64,000 bases of DNA from Bacteroidales bacterium (GCA_017542345.1 JAFXXI010000009.1:32022-96021); one strand, 5' to 3'; shown: positions 28,250 to 37,684, counted from the first letter of the stretch. Notes: generated from the sequence alone by a model not told the origin. A program made the numbers and translations.

Positions 28250-28427
28250 ACCACCTTCGGCACGCCTTCCGCACCCCCTCTTCCCCGCACCATCACCGTA
28301 TCATCACCGACGACGGTCGGAGGGGGTACGGAGGGGGTATGTCGATGGTACGGTGTTGATACGGTGTTGGTCCCTTTACAATACTGGTAACCAGTCGATT
28401 GGGAATGTTAAAAAATATGTTAAATTC
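28250..28427 (+). repeat. Structured intergenic repeat, copy A (79-nt core 28297-28375)
   Basis: The core is about 93% identical to copy B (38146-38224) and to the reverse complement of copy C (44235-44313). It contains the hairpin CCGAC-GACG-GTCGG and a 10-bp long-range stem (28294-28303 with 28357-28366). The AT-rich tail ends GTTAAAAAATATGTTAAATT. Confidence 0.8.
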
Positions 28428-28430
28428 ACC

Positions 28431-29168
28431 CTATTTTGAGGCTTCCACCTGGGCCTCGGTCTTGCCATAGCGACGCTGGCGCTGCTGGTAGTCGTAGACG
28501 GCTTCATAGAAGTGCTCGTGACGGAAGTCGGGCCACAGCAAGTCGGTGAAATAGAACTCAGTATATGCTGCCTGCCAGAGCAGGAAATTGCTGATGCGAA
28601 GCTCGCCGCCGGTACGGATGAGCAGGTCGGGGTCGGGATAGTCGCGAGTGGCGAGGTAGCGACGGATTGTCTCCTCGTCGATATCGCTGTCTTTCAAGCC
28701 GTCGCGGCAGATTTGCCTCAGGGCCTCGGCCACCTCCCAGCGCGAACTGTAGCTCAACGCAAGAATTAGGGTGGTGGCGGTGTTGGCGGCGGTGCGGTCG
28801 ATGCAGCCTTGCAGCACGGTGCGCGAACGCTCGGGGATGCGCTGCAGGTCGCCGATGGTCTGAAGACGCACATTGTTGTCCATCAAGGTCTTGGTCTCGT
28901 CGTGGACGGCTTTGATGAGCAGTTCCATGAGGCCGTCGATTTCGGCCTGCGGACGGTTCCAGTTTTCGGTGCTGAAGGTGTAGAGAGTCAGGTACTCAAC
29001 ACCCAGTTGGACAGCGGCTTCAACAGCCTGCCTGACGGCGGTCATAGCGTTGCGGTGGCCGAACAGGCGCTCGTGTTTCTGGCGCATGGCCCAGCGGCCG
29101 TTGCCGTCCATGATGATGGCCACATGGCGGGGCACCCGGCTGCGGTCTATTTGCTCTATGGTGGTCAT
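28431..29168 (-). CDS. uppS: Undecaprenyl-diphosphate synthase (isoprenyl transferase)
   Basis: Motifs RHVAIIMDGNGRWA and ELRISNFLLWQAAYTEFYF. The start is taken at the internal ATG (MTTIEQIDR..) at 29168, because the ORF-track start at 29225 would overlap the upstream gene. Confidence 0.92.
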   Translation of the reverse strand: MTTIEQIDRSRVPRHVAIIMDGNGRWAMRQKHERLFGHRNAMTAVRQAVEAAVQLGVEYLTLYTFSTENWNRPQAEIDGLMELLIKAVHDETKTLMDNNVRLQTIGDLQRIPERSRTVLQGCIDRTAANTATTLILALSYSSRWEVAEALRQICRDGLKDSDIDEETIRRYLATRDYPDPDLLIRTGGELRISNFLLWQAAYTEFYFTDLLWPDFRHEHFYEAVYDYQQRQRRYGKTEAQVEASK

Positions 29169-29181
29169 AGTATGAGGGTTA

Positions 29182-30042
29182 TTACAGTTTGCAACGTTTG
29201 GAACGCATCCAGCCGAAGAGCACATCGAGGTTCAGTCCGACATGTATGTTGAAGTAGGCATACCAGTCGTCGAGCGAGTCGTCGCCGCGCTTGATGCCGG
29301 GACTGTTGACATAGCCCGCCTCCACTTCGCCACTGCGGTCGGCCAGTTGGGCCGCCATGGCGCCGTCGACGCTGCCGTCGTTCAGCAGGGCGGCACCCAC
29401 ATAGGTTGTGCTGACATCGTCGAGGTAGTCGGTCCAGGTCTTACGGAATCCGTATTCAGCAGACAATGAGAAGGTTTTGTTCAGACGGAACTTGACACCC
29501 ACACCAAAGGGTAGACAGAGTTGCACCAGCTGGTAGGGGCGGCGGAAGGCGTAGGCATGGGTGTTTTGGCCTTCGGTGCCGAGGGGTTGGAGGGGTACCC
29601 ACCCTACGTTGCCGTCGACGTCGGTGCAGTAGGCCATGGGATCGAAATGAAAGACACCTATGCCGCCGAAGAGGTAAGGCGTACAGAAATGGTCGGTGGC
29701 ACCGGCGCCGAAGGACTGGAAGTTGAACTCGGCAAGGGCCGAAAACTCAGCCACATGGCTGCGGAAACTGAGGTTGCGCAGTATGATGCGATCCCGGCTG
29801 TTGGCGATGTGGCCATAGCTCACCTGGCCGCGCAGCGCCCAGCGGTTGTCGAGACGGACACGCAGGGCGGCACCGCCGGCGAGGTTGACCTCAGAGAAGG
29901 CACTCTGCTTGTTGAGGTCGCCGATGTAGTTCATGCCGCCGCCCATGAGCAGCAACTCGGAACGGCTGAGGAAGTCGTCGCGCTGGGCTCGGAGGGAAAT
30001 CGCCGAGAGCAACAAAAAGACTATGACAAGATACCTATTCAC
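29182..30042 (-). CDS. Outer-membrane beta-barrel-like protein (DUF6089-like, family name from memory)
   Basis: The ORF is 29182-30078. I prefer the GTG at 30042, which gives (M)NRYLVIVFLLLSAISLRAQ as a clean signal peptide and only an 8-nt overlap with the upstream gene. It occupies the conserved position upstream of uppS. Confidence 0.7.
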   Translation of the reverse strand: MNRYLVIVFLLLSAISLRAQRDDFLSRSELLLMGGGMNYIGDLNKQSAFSEVNLAGGAALRVRLDNRWALRGQVSYGHIANSRDRIILRNLSFRSHVAEFSALAEFNFQSFGAGATDHFCTPYLFGGIGVFHFDPMAYCTDVDGNVGWVPLQPLGTEGQNTHAYAFRRPYQLVQLCLPFGVGVKFRLNKTFSLSAEYGFRKTWTDYLDDVSTTYVGAALLNDGSVDGAMAAQLADRSGEVEAGYVNSPGIKRGDDSLDDWYAYFNIHVGLNLDVLFGWMRSKRCKL

Positions 30043-31033
30043 CTGTATTCCACTTGATTGAACGACAGATACCGTCAACTTGCATCAGGTAGTCGCGTTT
30101 TTTGAAACGGGGACAGTATACATAGCCCGTGAGCTCGACCACCTGGCTGCCGTCGGGCGAGAGGAGGGTGTAGCTGACAAAGGGGCCACCCATGAAATCG
30201 CCGAAGAGGCGCCACAGGCCACGGGTCTCGATGCAGTATTTCGAGCCCTTGAAATCGACGGCACGGCTCAGCAGCTCGACGCGGCGCTCGGTGCCCATGT
30301 AGCTGCCTTCGGCCGGACCCGGCACCTCGCGGCGCATGATGGTATCAAGACGGTTATAGATCTTGGCCGTGTCAAACTGGGTTTGGTCGCGATAGGGCAT
30401 CACGTTGACCAGCACGCCAAGACCGAAGTCTTTGGTCTCCTTGCGCAGCCAGAGGAAGTCACCGTCCTCTTTGGCCCACGAGAATTCCCTGGGCAGACTC
30501 ATGGTGAAGCCGTATTTCTCCTGCACGCGGTTCATGAGCTCGACGTTGCGGTCTTTGTAGAAGGCGCGGTCCATTCGCTCATACTCGGCCAAATAGAGCT
30601 CCTTGACAATGCGGTCGCGGTGGGTGGAGAGCATGGCGCGCAACGATTCCTCGCTGGAGGCGGCGATGTCGACCACCACCTGCGGCTCGGCCCACTGGTT
30701 GTGATGGATGTAGAATTTGTCGGGGTTGTCGGGGTTGATGTCGCAAATGATGATGTTGCGGTGCATCTTGAACATCTGCGTGTTGTGCAACGAACTGACG
30801 GGGATGTTGACCACGTCGAAGCGCGCTTCGGGCTGGGGCAGGCACTGCTGGGGCGAAAGCAGGATGGTATCGAGCAACGCCTTGGTGACGCCGGTGTAGT
30901 GGCCTTTGTCGGCAGCTACCAACACCTCGCAGGTCTTGCCCGAGGAACTGCGCTTGGCGAGCGCCTTGTTCTCGGGGCTGTTGCATGCCGCCAATAGTAC
31001 GACGGCCAGTAGGAGAAACACTGTCTTTTTCAT
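30035..31033 (-). CDS. Lipoprotein of unknown function (DUF4837-like, family name from memory)
   Basis: 332 aa with lipobox LLAAC. It overlaps its neighbours by 4 and 8 nt. Confidence 0.75.
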   Translation of the reverse strand: MKKTVFLLLAVVLLAACNSPENKALAKRSSSGKTCEVLVAADKGHYTGVTKALLDTILLSPQQCLPQPEARFDVVNIPVSSLHNTQMFKMHRNIIICDINPDNPDKFYIHHNQWAEPQVVVDIAASSEESLRAMLSTHRDRIVKELYLAEYERMDRAFYKDRNVELMNRVQEKYGFTMSLPREFSWAKEDGDFLWLRKETKDFGLGVLVNVMPYRDQTQFDTAKIYNRLDTIMRREVPGPAEGSYMGTERRVELLSRAVDFKGSKYCIETRGLWRLFGDFMGGPFVSYTLLSPDGSQVVELTGYVYCPRFKKRDYLMQVDGICRSIKWNTGE

Positions 31034-32016
31034 ATCTTGTCGGTTTTATTTCGCCATTGATGAAAGTCGGAAACGGCCTGTGCAATAGGGGTCTCGGAAT
31101 AGTGCAGGGCACTTCTGCCGAGGCTATTGTCATAGTATTCGCATACCCGCAGTTGCCGAATGTTGCAGGTGGAGAGTTCGGTGCGGATGCCGACGGCACG
31201 AAGCAGATCCCCCACCCTGCCGGCCAGCGACATCAGCCAGGTGGGAAGCGTGAGCACCCGCTGACGATAGTCGCAGAGGTCGGCCTGCAGGCGGTATAAT
31301 TCTCGAATGGTAATGCAGCCGGAATTGTTGGTCACCAGATAACGACCTCCGTTCGCGCCCAGCGTGAGGGCGTTGACAGCGGCCTCGGCCACGTCCTGCA
31401 CGGACACGAAAGCCTTGCCTCCACACGGCGCGAACATGAGCGGACGGCGATAGGCCGCCAACAGCATCCGCCCCGAGGAGGGCTTGACGTCGTAAGGACC
31501 AAGCATAAAGCCGGGATTGAGCGCCACGGCGTGCCAGTCGGGATGACGCTGTGCGGCGTCAATTACCACTTGCTCGCCGAGGATCTTGCTTTGGGCATAG
31601 AAGCTGTCTTGGAAAGGCTGTTGCATGGGGGTCGATTCGTCGGCCGGATGCGTCGCGGTGCCGTAGCCAATTGTGTTGGCCGTAGAGGTGTGCACCAGGA
31701 TGCCGATGCCCTGCTCCTCCATCAGCTTAACGAGCATGGCGGGCAGGTCGCGGTTGACAGGCAGGTAGTCGTCCAGGTGCCGCAAAGACATGTCGGTGGT
31801 GCCGGTGCAGTTGACCACAGCGTCACAGCCTTCGGCAGAGCGACAGAGCGTTTCATAGTCGAGCGGTGACCCCACCACCGTCTGCCAGCCGCTTTGCGGG
31901 AGGCGGATGCCGTCGGGACGTCTGACCAATGCCACTACATGGTGACCGCTGGCTATCAGTCGCTCCAGCACATTGTGTCCCAAGAGACCTGTGGCGCCCA
32001 ACAACAGTATTTTCAT
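31030..32016 (-). CDS. NAD(P)-dependent epimerase/dehydratase-family (SDR) protein
   Basis: 328 aa with N-terminal Rossmann motif MKILLLGATGLLGHNV. Confidence 0.8.
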   Translation of the reverse strand: MKILLLGATGLLGHNVLERLIASGHHVVALVRRPDGIRLPQSGWQTVVGSPLDYETLCRSAEGCDAVVNCTGTTDMSLRHLDDYLPVNRDLPAMLVKLMEEQGIGILVHTSTANTIGYGTATHPADESTPMQQPFQDSFYAQSKILGEQVVIDAAQRHPDWHAVALNPGFMLGPYDVKPSSGRMLLAAYRRPLMFAPCGGKAFVSVQDVAEAAVNALTLGANGGRYLVTNNSGCITIRELYRLQADLCDYRQRVLTLPTWLMSLAGRVGDLLRAVGIRTELSTCNIRQLRVCEYYDNSLGRSALHYSETPIAQAVSDFHQWRNKTDKI

Positions 32017-32148
32017 ATAGAAAATAACGCAGACCCACCTCTTTTATTATCATTGTATCAACATTTTTCCATCACTCCAACACGAAAAAAACATCCCTTT
32101 CGGGAGCGGTTTTTGACATTTTTCCGCTCGCAATTCAAAAAGATTACT

Positions 32149-32156
32149 TATCTTTG
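32149..32156 (+). promoter_or_regulatory. Candidate -7 box (TATCTTTG) for the 32221-35571 operon
   Basis: Matches TAnnTTTG 65 nt upstream of the ATG. It is followed by the palindrome TGTACC-tatat-GGTACA (32162-32178). Confidence 0.4.
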
Positions 32157-32220
32157 CAGTGTGTACCTATATGGTACAGGCACGTAACATTATTGAAAAT
32201 CAACAAAATGCATTTTAAAT

Positions 32221-32973
32221 ATGAAAACAAGTTTTACCCTTTTTGCCGCTGCTATGGCAATGATGACTGCTTTCACGGCCTGCAACCCCGAGAAGTTTGT
32301 GAAAGAAGTGATTGACGAGAACGACGGCGAGATGACCCTCTCGGCCTCCAATGCCTCGGCCGGCGACCAAGCCTATTCCGACGGCAACGCCATCAGCTTC
32401 CAGGCTGTGCTGTGCGACGCCGACAGCGGCAAGAACAGCATCCGCTTTGTGGGCATGGCCAACAAGCTGACCGAACGCGTGGAAGGCAATACCTACCCCA
32501 TTTTCGGCATGAACCTGCTGGACACTGCCAACACCAGCTTCACCATCAATTTCCCGATCAATGACCCCGATTTCCTGCTTGCCCTTGACTGGACCACCCT
32601 GCTGACCGGCGACAATAGCATGAACATCATGGTTGTTGCCACCAGCAACGACGCCTACTATGTCGCCACCGAGGGCACCATCACCATCAGCTCGCTCGGA
32701 CAGGTGGGCGCACAGGTGACGGGCTCCATCAATGGTGTGACATGCAAGTACATCACCAACAGCAAGATTGAATACATCCGCGGCCTGAAAGAGCGTATTG
32801 CCAGAGGCGCCGCCAACCCCTCCGAGTACGGTGCCGATGCACAGGCCGCCGCAGCGGAACTGGGCGCCATCAACTGGGAGACCTACTTCCCCTCCCTGGT
32901 GCTCACCGGCAACTACTCGAGCCTCCGCGCCGGCCTCAGCCGCTACCTGAACGCAATCAATGCAGTGGAATAA
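32221..32973 (+). CDS. Hypothetical lipoprotein
   Basis: 250 aa with signal/lipobox ..MMTAFTAC. No family recognised. Confidence 0.75.
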   Translation: MKTSFTLFAAAMAMMTAFTACNPEKFVKEVIDENDGEMTLSASNASAGDQAYSDGNAISFQAVLCDADSGKNSIRFVGMANKLTERVEGNTYPIFGMNLLDTANTSFTINFPINDPDFLLALDWTTLLTGDNSMNIMVVATSNDAYYVATEGTITISSLGQVGAQVTGSINGVTCKYITNSKIEYIRGLKERIARGAANPSEYGADAQAAAAELGAINWETYFPSLVLTGNYSSLRAGLSRYLNAINAVE

Positions 32974-33721
32974 ACACATTGCTCCACTCATTCTCGTACC
33001 GCTGCTGGCCCTTGGGCAATCAGCCACGGCACAGACCCTTCTCACCGCCCATAGTGCACGCAACAGCGCTATGGGCGGTTGCCTTTCGGCTGACGACACG
33101 GCGGGGCATGTGCGTCTGTCCTACAGGCAGGCATACCTGCTGCCGGAACTGGCTGACAAGACGTTGACGCTGGCACTGCCTACCGGCCATATCGGCCGCA
33201 TCGAGGCAGGATATACCCACCACGGGAACACCGACTATTTCGAGCATCTGGCCGAAGCGGCCTACAGCCTGCGGGTGACCGGCTGGCTCTGGGCAGGAAT
33301 TGCAGCGCATTACCTGCACATCGGCACGTCGGATCCACATTATGAGCACCAGCAATGGATTTCGGCCACGGGTGGCTTGCACGCGGATGTTGGGCAACGG
33401 CTGCGGATGTCGGTAATCGCAGGCTCGTGTCCCGGGACCGATACACACCGCTACCGCATCCTATTCCAAGGGGCCTACCATCCGACCCCTCAGCTGTTGA
33501 CCGTGATAGAGGCAGACTATCAGGCCCTGTGGCGTATCCGCTTCGGCATGGAATACAACTATTCCGGCAGCGTATATGTCCGCGCAGGCATGGCTACCAA
33601 TCCCATAACGGCGGCCGTCGGCCTTGGACTCCGCTACCGCAGCTACAGTTTCGACCTCGGAGCCGAGCTGCACAACACCCTCGGTCTCACCCCAAGCACT
33701 TCGCTTACGCTATGGTTCTGA
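32960..33721 (+). CDS. Hypothetical small outer-membrane beta-barrel protein
   Basis: 253 aa with signal peptide ..LLALGQSATAQ. It has alternating-hydrophobicity strands and C-terminal ..LTLWF. It overlaps the upstream gene by 14 nt. Confidence 0.7.
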   Translation: MQWNKHIAPLILVPLLALGQSATAQTLLTAHSARNSAMGGCLSADDTAGHVRLSYRQAYLLPELADKTLTLALPTGHIGRIEAGYTHHGNTDYFEHLAEAAYSLRVTGWLWAGIAAHYLHIGTSDPHYEHQQWISATGGLHADVGQRLRMSVIAGSCPGTDTHRYRILFQGAYHPTPQLLTVIEADYQALWRIRFGMEYNYSGSVYVRAGMATNPITAAVGLGLRYRSYSFDLGAELHNTLGLTPSTSLTLWF

Positions 33722-35571
33722 AACGCTGGTTCATCCTTATGCTGCTTGTGCTTCCGCTGGCCTCCTACGGGCAAGTGGAGGATGCCATGGAGCAGTGGCT
33801 GCTGGATGACGGGGAAGAGAACATGGCCGCCGACTGGCACGACAGGCTGGCGGAACTAACCGACAACCCGGCCAATATCAACGACACTACCCACCTCGCG
33901 CAGATTCCCTTCATGACCCCCTTCCGCATACAGGCACTGAAGAACTATATCCGTCTGTACGGCGAGTTGCTTTCGGTGAAGGAGCTACGCTATGTGCCGG
34001 GGTTCGATAGCAGCACCCTCGCGCTCATCGCCCCGTTGGTGAAGGCTGCGCCCTGCACGAGGAAGGAAAGCTGGCGTATATGGCAAGGGCACCACTCGCT
34101 GACCACCGGCATCGGTGGCACCGTGGAGCAGGCACAAGGCTATAGCAACGGGAGATACGAGGGCGACAATCTGCGCGCACTACTCTGCTACAGCTACAAT
34201 TACCATAACAAAGTCCAGTTGAGGCTCACCGCCGACAAAGATCCCACCGAAGCATGGGGCAAGGGAAACTACTACGGATATCACCTGATGCTGAACGACA
34301 TCGGGCCGGTGGAGAAACTGATCGTGGGGCGGTATAACCTACGTTTCGGACAGGGCGTGACCCTGTGGACAGGCCTGCGGCCATTCGACATCACCGGCAC
34401 CACGCCCGCCCGCTTTGGCACCGGCGTACGTCAAGCAGGCGCATTCAACGAGGAAGACTATCAGGAGGGCATTGCGGCCACGGTGAATCTCTGGCGCAGG
34501 CTGCACCTTTCAGGCTTTGCTTCACAGACAGACGGCGAGCGGTTGCTTGGCGGTCATGCCGAATGGCGGGGCAACAACCACGTCATAGGCCTGACGGTCA
34601 CCCATAGCGCCCTCGGCGACAGCCTCGCACCCCGCGACTATGTCTATAACCAAAACGCCTTCCGCGGAACCAGCCTTCTCAACGCCGGTATCGACGGCAC
34701 ATGGCAACACGGCCGCACCCTCATCTACGGAGAAGCGGCCATGAGCAACAATGGCAAGCCAGCCGCCACGGCAGGAGTGGACCTGTCCATTAGCGACAAG
34801 AACCGCCTCAGCGCCAATTTCCGCTACTATCATCCCCAATACCACAACCTTCATTCCTCAGGCTACAGTCTCGGCAACACGCAAGGCGAGCAGGGCGTCC
34901 GCCTTGACGCCCAGTCGCAGCTGCCGCTCAATCTGCATGGCCTGCTGAGCCTCGACCTGTACAGGTTCACCTCACTCCGCTACGCCAACTACCGGCCTTC
35001 CTCCGGCGCCTGGCTGCGGGCACAACTTGAGCAGCAATTTGGAGGCCACCTCCACGCCACCGCACGTTATTCCTATCGGCAGAAAGAGCGCAACATCCCC
35101 AATTACGACAGCATTCTCTATACCGGCGAGCAGACCTTCCGCCACCAACTACAGGCCGAGGCCAAAGCCACCCTAGGCGCCTGGCAGCTGTCCGCACGCG
35201 CCATGTGGGCCTGCTTCGACGCCGACCAGAGCGACACCCAGTACGGGCGCCTCGTCATGGGTACCGCCCGCTACACACAGCCCAAGTGGCAGGCCAACGC
35301 CTCGCTTGCCTGGTTCCGCACCGACGGCTACTACGCCCGATTCTACGTCAGCGAGAGCAATATCCAATATGCATGGACCATGCCCATGCTCTACGGGCAC
35401 GGAATGCGGGGATGCCTGCTGCTGCGCTACACTCCGAGCCGCAATCTCGCCATTGCCGCCAAATATGCCCTCAGCTATTACCCCGGGCAGGAAAGCATCG
35501 GCAGCGGCGACGCACAGACCGAAGGACCGTATCGCCAAACCTGGCATTTACAAATACGTTGGAAATTCTGA
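33712..35571 (+). CDS. Helix-hairpin-helix (ComEA-like) domain protein fused to a large predicted outer-membrane beta-barrel
   Basis: The start is at ATG 33712 (MVLKRWFILMLLVLPLASYGQ, a signal peptide) and overlaps the previous stop (ATGGTTCTGA). The ORF-track start at 33355 lies inside the previous gene. HhH pattern: NINDTTHLAQIPFMTPFRIQALKNYIRLYGELLSVKELRYVPGF. It ends ..LQIRWKF. Confidence 0.75.
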   Translation: MVLKRWFILMLLVLPLASYGQVEDAMEQWLLDDGEENMAADWHDRLAELTDNPANINDTTHLAQIPFMTPFRIQALKNYIRLYGELLSVKELRYVPGFDSSTLALIAPLVKAAPCTRKESWRIWQGHHSLTTGIGGTVEQAQGYSNGRYEGDNLRALLCYSYNYHNKVQLRLTADKDPTEAWGKGNYYGYHLMLNDIGPVEKLIVGRYNLRFGQGVTLWTGLRPFDITGTTPARFGTGVRQAGAFNEEDYQEGIAATVNLWRRLHLSGFASQTDGERLLGGHAEWRGNNHVIGLTVTHSALGDSLAPRDYVYNQNAFRGTSLLNAGIDGTWQHGRTLIYGEAAMSNNGKPAATAGVDLSISDKNRLSANFRYYHPQYHNLHSSGYSLGNTQGEQGVRLDAQSQLPLNLHGLLSLDLYRFTSLRYANYRPSSGAWLRAQLEQQFGGHLHATARYSYRQKERNIPNYDSILYTGEQTFRHQLQAEAKATLGAWQLSARAMWACFDADQSDTQYGRLVMGTARYTQPKWQANASLAWFRTDGYYARFYVSESNIQYAWTMPMLYGHGMRGCLLLRYTPSRNLAIAAKYALSYYPGQESIGSGDAQTEGPYRQTWHLQIRWKF

Positions 35572-35582
35572 CTTGAACGGCG

Positions 35583-36326
35583 TCAGTCCGTAGCCTCCTG
35601 GTGCTTCACCATGCCGGCTTCATCCAGAGCCTTGTAGGTCTTCTCAGCGGCAAGTTGTTCGGCCGCCTTAATGGTGTATTCGATGGCCGACTGCTGCGGG
35701 GCGCCGTCGATATTGACTCGGCACTCATACTCGCGCCGGCCCGAGCGGTCGCGAACCATCGAGCGTACCACCTCGAAGGTCACCTTCCGGTGGGACTTCT
35801 GCCCCCAGTCGATAAGTTTGCTCTTGTAGTTCCAGTCGGTCTTAGCCACACTGTCTATGTCGAGATATGTGCACAGGATGCGGTCGATGATGATTCTCCG
35901 CGTGAAGCGGAATCCCTTCTCAAGATAGATGGCACCTATCAGCGCCTCGAAGGCATCGCCGCCTGCCGACTTGAACGATCCGTCCACGCCCGGCTGATGC
36001 TCTATCAGTTCCAGCATCCCCATCTTCCGCGCCAACTGCCCGAGACTTTTGCGGCTCACTATCTTCGAGCGCATCTCGGTGAGGAACCCCTCGCCCTTGA
36101 CCGGGTATTTCTTATACAGGAACTCTGCCACCACAGCACCGAGCACAGCGTCGCCGAGATATTCCAAGCGCTCGTTGTTCACCTTGTGCCCTTGCTGTTT
36201 CGACGACAGCGAACGGTGGGTAAAAGCGATGTGATACAACTCCGTGCGCCGCGGCGAGAAGCCGAGCACATTCTTAAAAAAATGGCGGAACTCGGGAGAT
36301 TCTTCCCTTCTGTGAAACAGCGACAC
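35583..36326 (-). CDS. rnc: Ribonuclease III
   Basis: 247 aa with signature ERLEYLGDAVLG and a C-terminal dsRNA-binding domain. It sits in the acpP-fabF-rnc order. Confidence 0.93.
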   Translation of the reverse strand: MSLFHRREESPEFRHFFKNVLGFSPRRTELYHIAFTHRSLSSKQQGHKVNNERLEYLGDAVLGAVVAEFLYKKYPVKGEGFLTEMRSKIVSRKSLGQLARKMGMLELIEHQPGVDGSFKSAGGDAFEALIGAIYLEKGFRFTRRIIIDRILCTYLDIDSVAKTDWNYKSKLIDWGQKSHRKVTFEVVRSMVRDRSGRREYECRVNIDGAPQQSAIEYTIKAAEQLAAEKTYKALDEAGMVKHQEATD

Positions 36327-36406
36327 GGTCGGATGCTTTTGGTGATGGCTTCCTTCTTCTGTGCGGCACTCCTCCTGATTGGGCGCCGCATCCGTTCGCC
36401 CTGCCG

Positions 36407-37651
36407 CTACACCGCCCTGAAGGCGAGGCAGACATTGTGCCCGCCGAAGCCGAAAGCGTTGCTGAGCGCAAAATGCACCTCGTGCTTGCGGGCATGGTTA
36501 AATGTGAAATCGAGAGCCGGAATCTGCGGGTCGTCGTTGAAGTGGTTGATGGTGGGCGGGACGATGCCGTTCCTGATGGTCAGGATGGTGGCGATGGCCT
36601 CCACCGCTCCTGCGGCTCCCAGCAGATGGCCTGTCATCGACTTGGTGGAGTTGATGGCGAGCTTATAGGCATGGTCGCCAAAGAGGCCGACGATGGCCTT
36701 GGGCTCCGAGATGTCGCCGATGGGCGTCGAGGTGCCGTGGGTGTTGATGTGGTCCACATCGGTAATCTGCATGCCCGACTCTTCAACGGCCTGCCGCATG
36801 GCGGCGATGACGCCCAGTCCTTCGGGATGCGAAGCGGTGATGTGATAGGCGTCGGCCGAAAGCCCGGCACCGGTCATCTCAGCATAAATTTTGGCTCCGC
36901 GCGCCTTCGCATGTTCATACTCTTCCAGCACCAGACATCCCGCACCCTCGCCGAGCACGAAACCGTCACGGTCGAGGTCAAACGGCCGCGAGGCCGTCCA
37001 CGGGTCATCGTTGCGGGTCGACAAAGCCCGCATGTTGCCAAAGCCGCCGATGCTAGCCTCCATGACAGCGCACTCCGAACCACCGACCACCATGGCGTCA
37101 ACCTTGCCGAGACGGATCAGGTTGAAAGCGTCGTTGATGGCTGCTGCCGACGAGGCACATGCCGCCGCCGTACAGTAGTTGGGGCCGCGCAGTCCGTAGC
37201 GGATGGCTATCTGACCGGCACAGATGTCGATAATGACCTTGGGAACCAGGTAGGGGCTGAACCGGGGTGTGCGTCCGTTGACGGCAAACTCCATTATCTC
37301 TTCCTGCAGACTGGTGACGCCGCCCATGCCCGAACCCCAGACAACACCAACACGGTCCTTATCGAAGTTCTCGTCGGTAAGGCCTGCGTCATTGATTGCC
37401 TCGTCCACGACCACCAGTCCATAGACCGTATAGCCGTCGAGCAGGCGGATTTCTTTTCTGTCAAAATGCTGTAAAGGGTCGAACCCTTTCAGTTCAGCCG
37501 CGATGCGGCTTTTGAACTTGGAGGCGTCAAAATGCGTTATCGGCCCGGCACCGCTCACTCCCTTGACCATGTTGTCCCACATTTCGGGGACAGTGTTGCC
37601 AATCGGGGTGAGCGCGCCGAGACCAGTAACCACAACTCTCTTCAACTCCAT
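36407..37651 (-). CDS. fabF: 3-oxoacyl-ACP synthase II
   Basis: 414 aa with active-site Cys in AACASS and His motifs HGTSTPIGD and GHLLGAAG. Confidence 0.95.
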   Translation of the reverse strand: MELKRVVVTGLGALTPIGNTVPEMWDNMVKGVSGAGPITHFDASKFKSRIAAELKGFDPLQHFDRKEIRLLDGYTVYGLVVVDEAINDAGLTDENFDKDRVGVVWGSGMGGVTSLQEEIMEFAVNGRTPRFSPYLVPKVIIDICAGQIAIRYGLRGPNYCTAAACASSAAAINDAFNLIRLGKVDAMVVGGSECAVMEASIGGFGNMRALSTRNDDPWTASRPFDLDRDGFVLGEGAGCLVLEEYEHAKARGAKIYAEMTGAGLSADAYHITASHPEGLGVIAAMRQAVEESGMQITDVDHINTHGTSTPIGDISEPKAIVGLFGDHAYKLAINSTKSMTGHLLGAAGAVEAIATILTIRNGIVPPTINHFNDDPQIPALDFTFNHARKHEVHFALSNAFGFGGHNVCLAFRAV

Positions 37652-37684
37652 AGGCGAACGTTGAGTTGAAAGCTGCGTGTAAAT

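Noticed and set aside
28155-28439. ORFs running through the intergenic repeat (28155-28439 plus; 44189-44707 minus) share the peptide YHHRR(R/W)SEGV(R/W)RGYVDGTVLIR(C/R)WSL, which suggested a small conserved protein.
   Set aside because: In copy B (38146-38224) the same frame has an in-frame TAG where A and C have TAT. There is no common start codon. Variation is concentrated in a hairpin loop and in a base pair whose changes preserve pairing. This fits a structured nucleic-acid element, not a coding sequence.
33355-33711. The upstream extension of the HhH-barrel ORF (ORF-track start 33355). Similar N-terminal extensions occur for uppS (29225), ssb (44943), tsaC (55950), the OmpA gene (40037) and DUF3467 (57650).
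   Set aside because: The extensions overlap the preceding gene or are Arg/Pro/Cys-rich. Internal ATG or GTG starts give proper signal peptides or conserved N-termini and short coupled overlaps.
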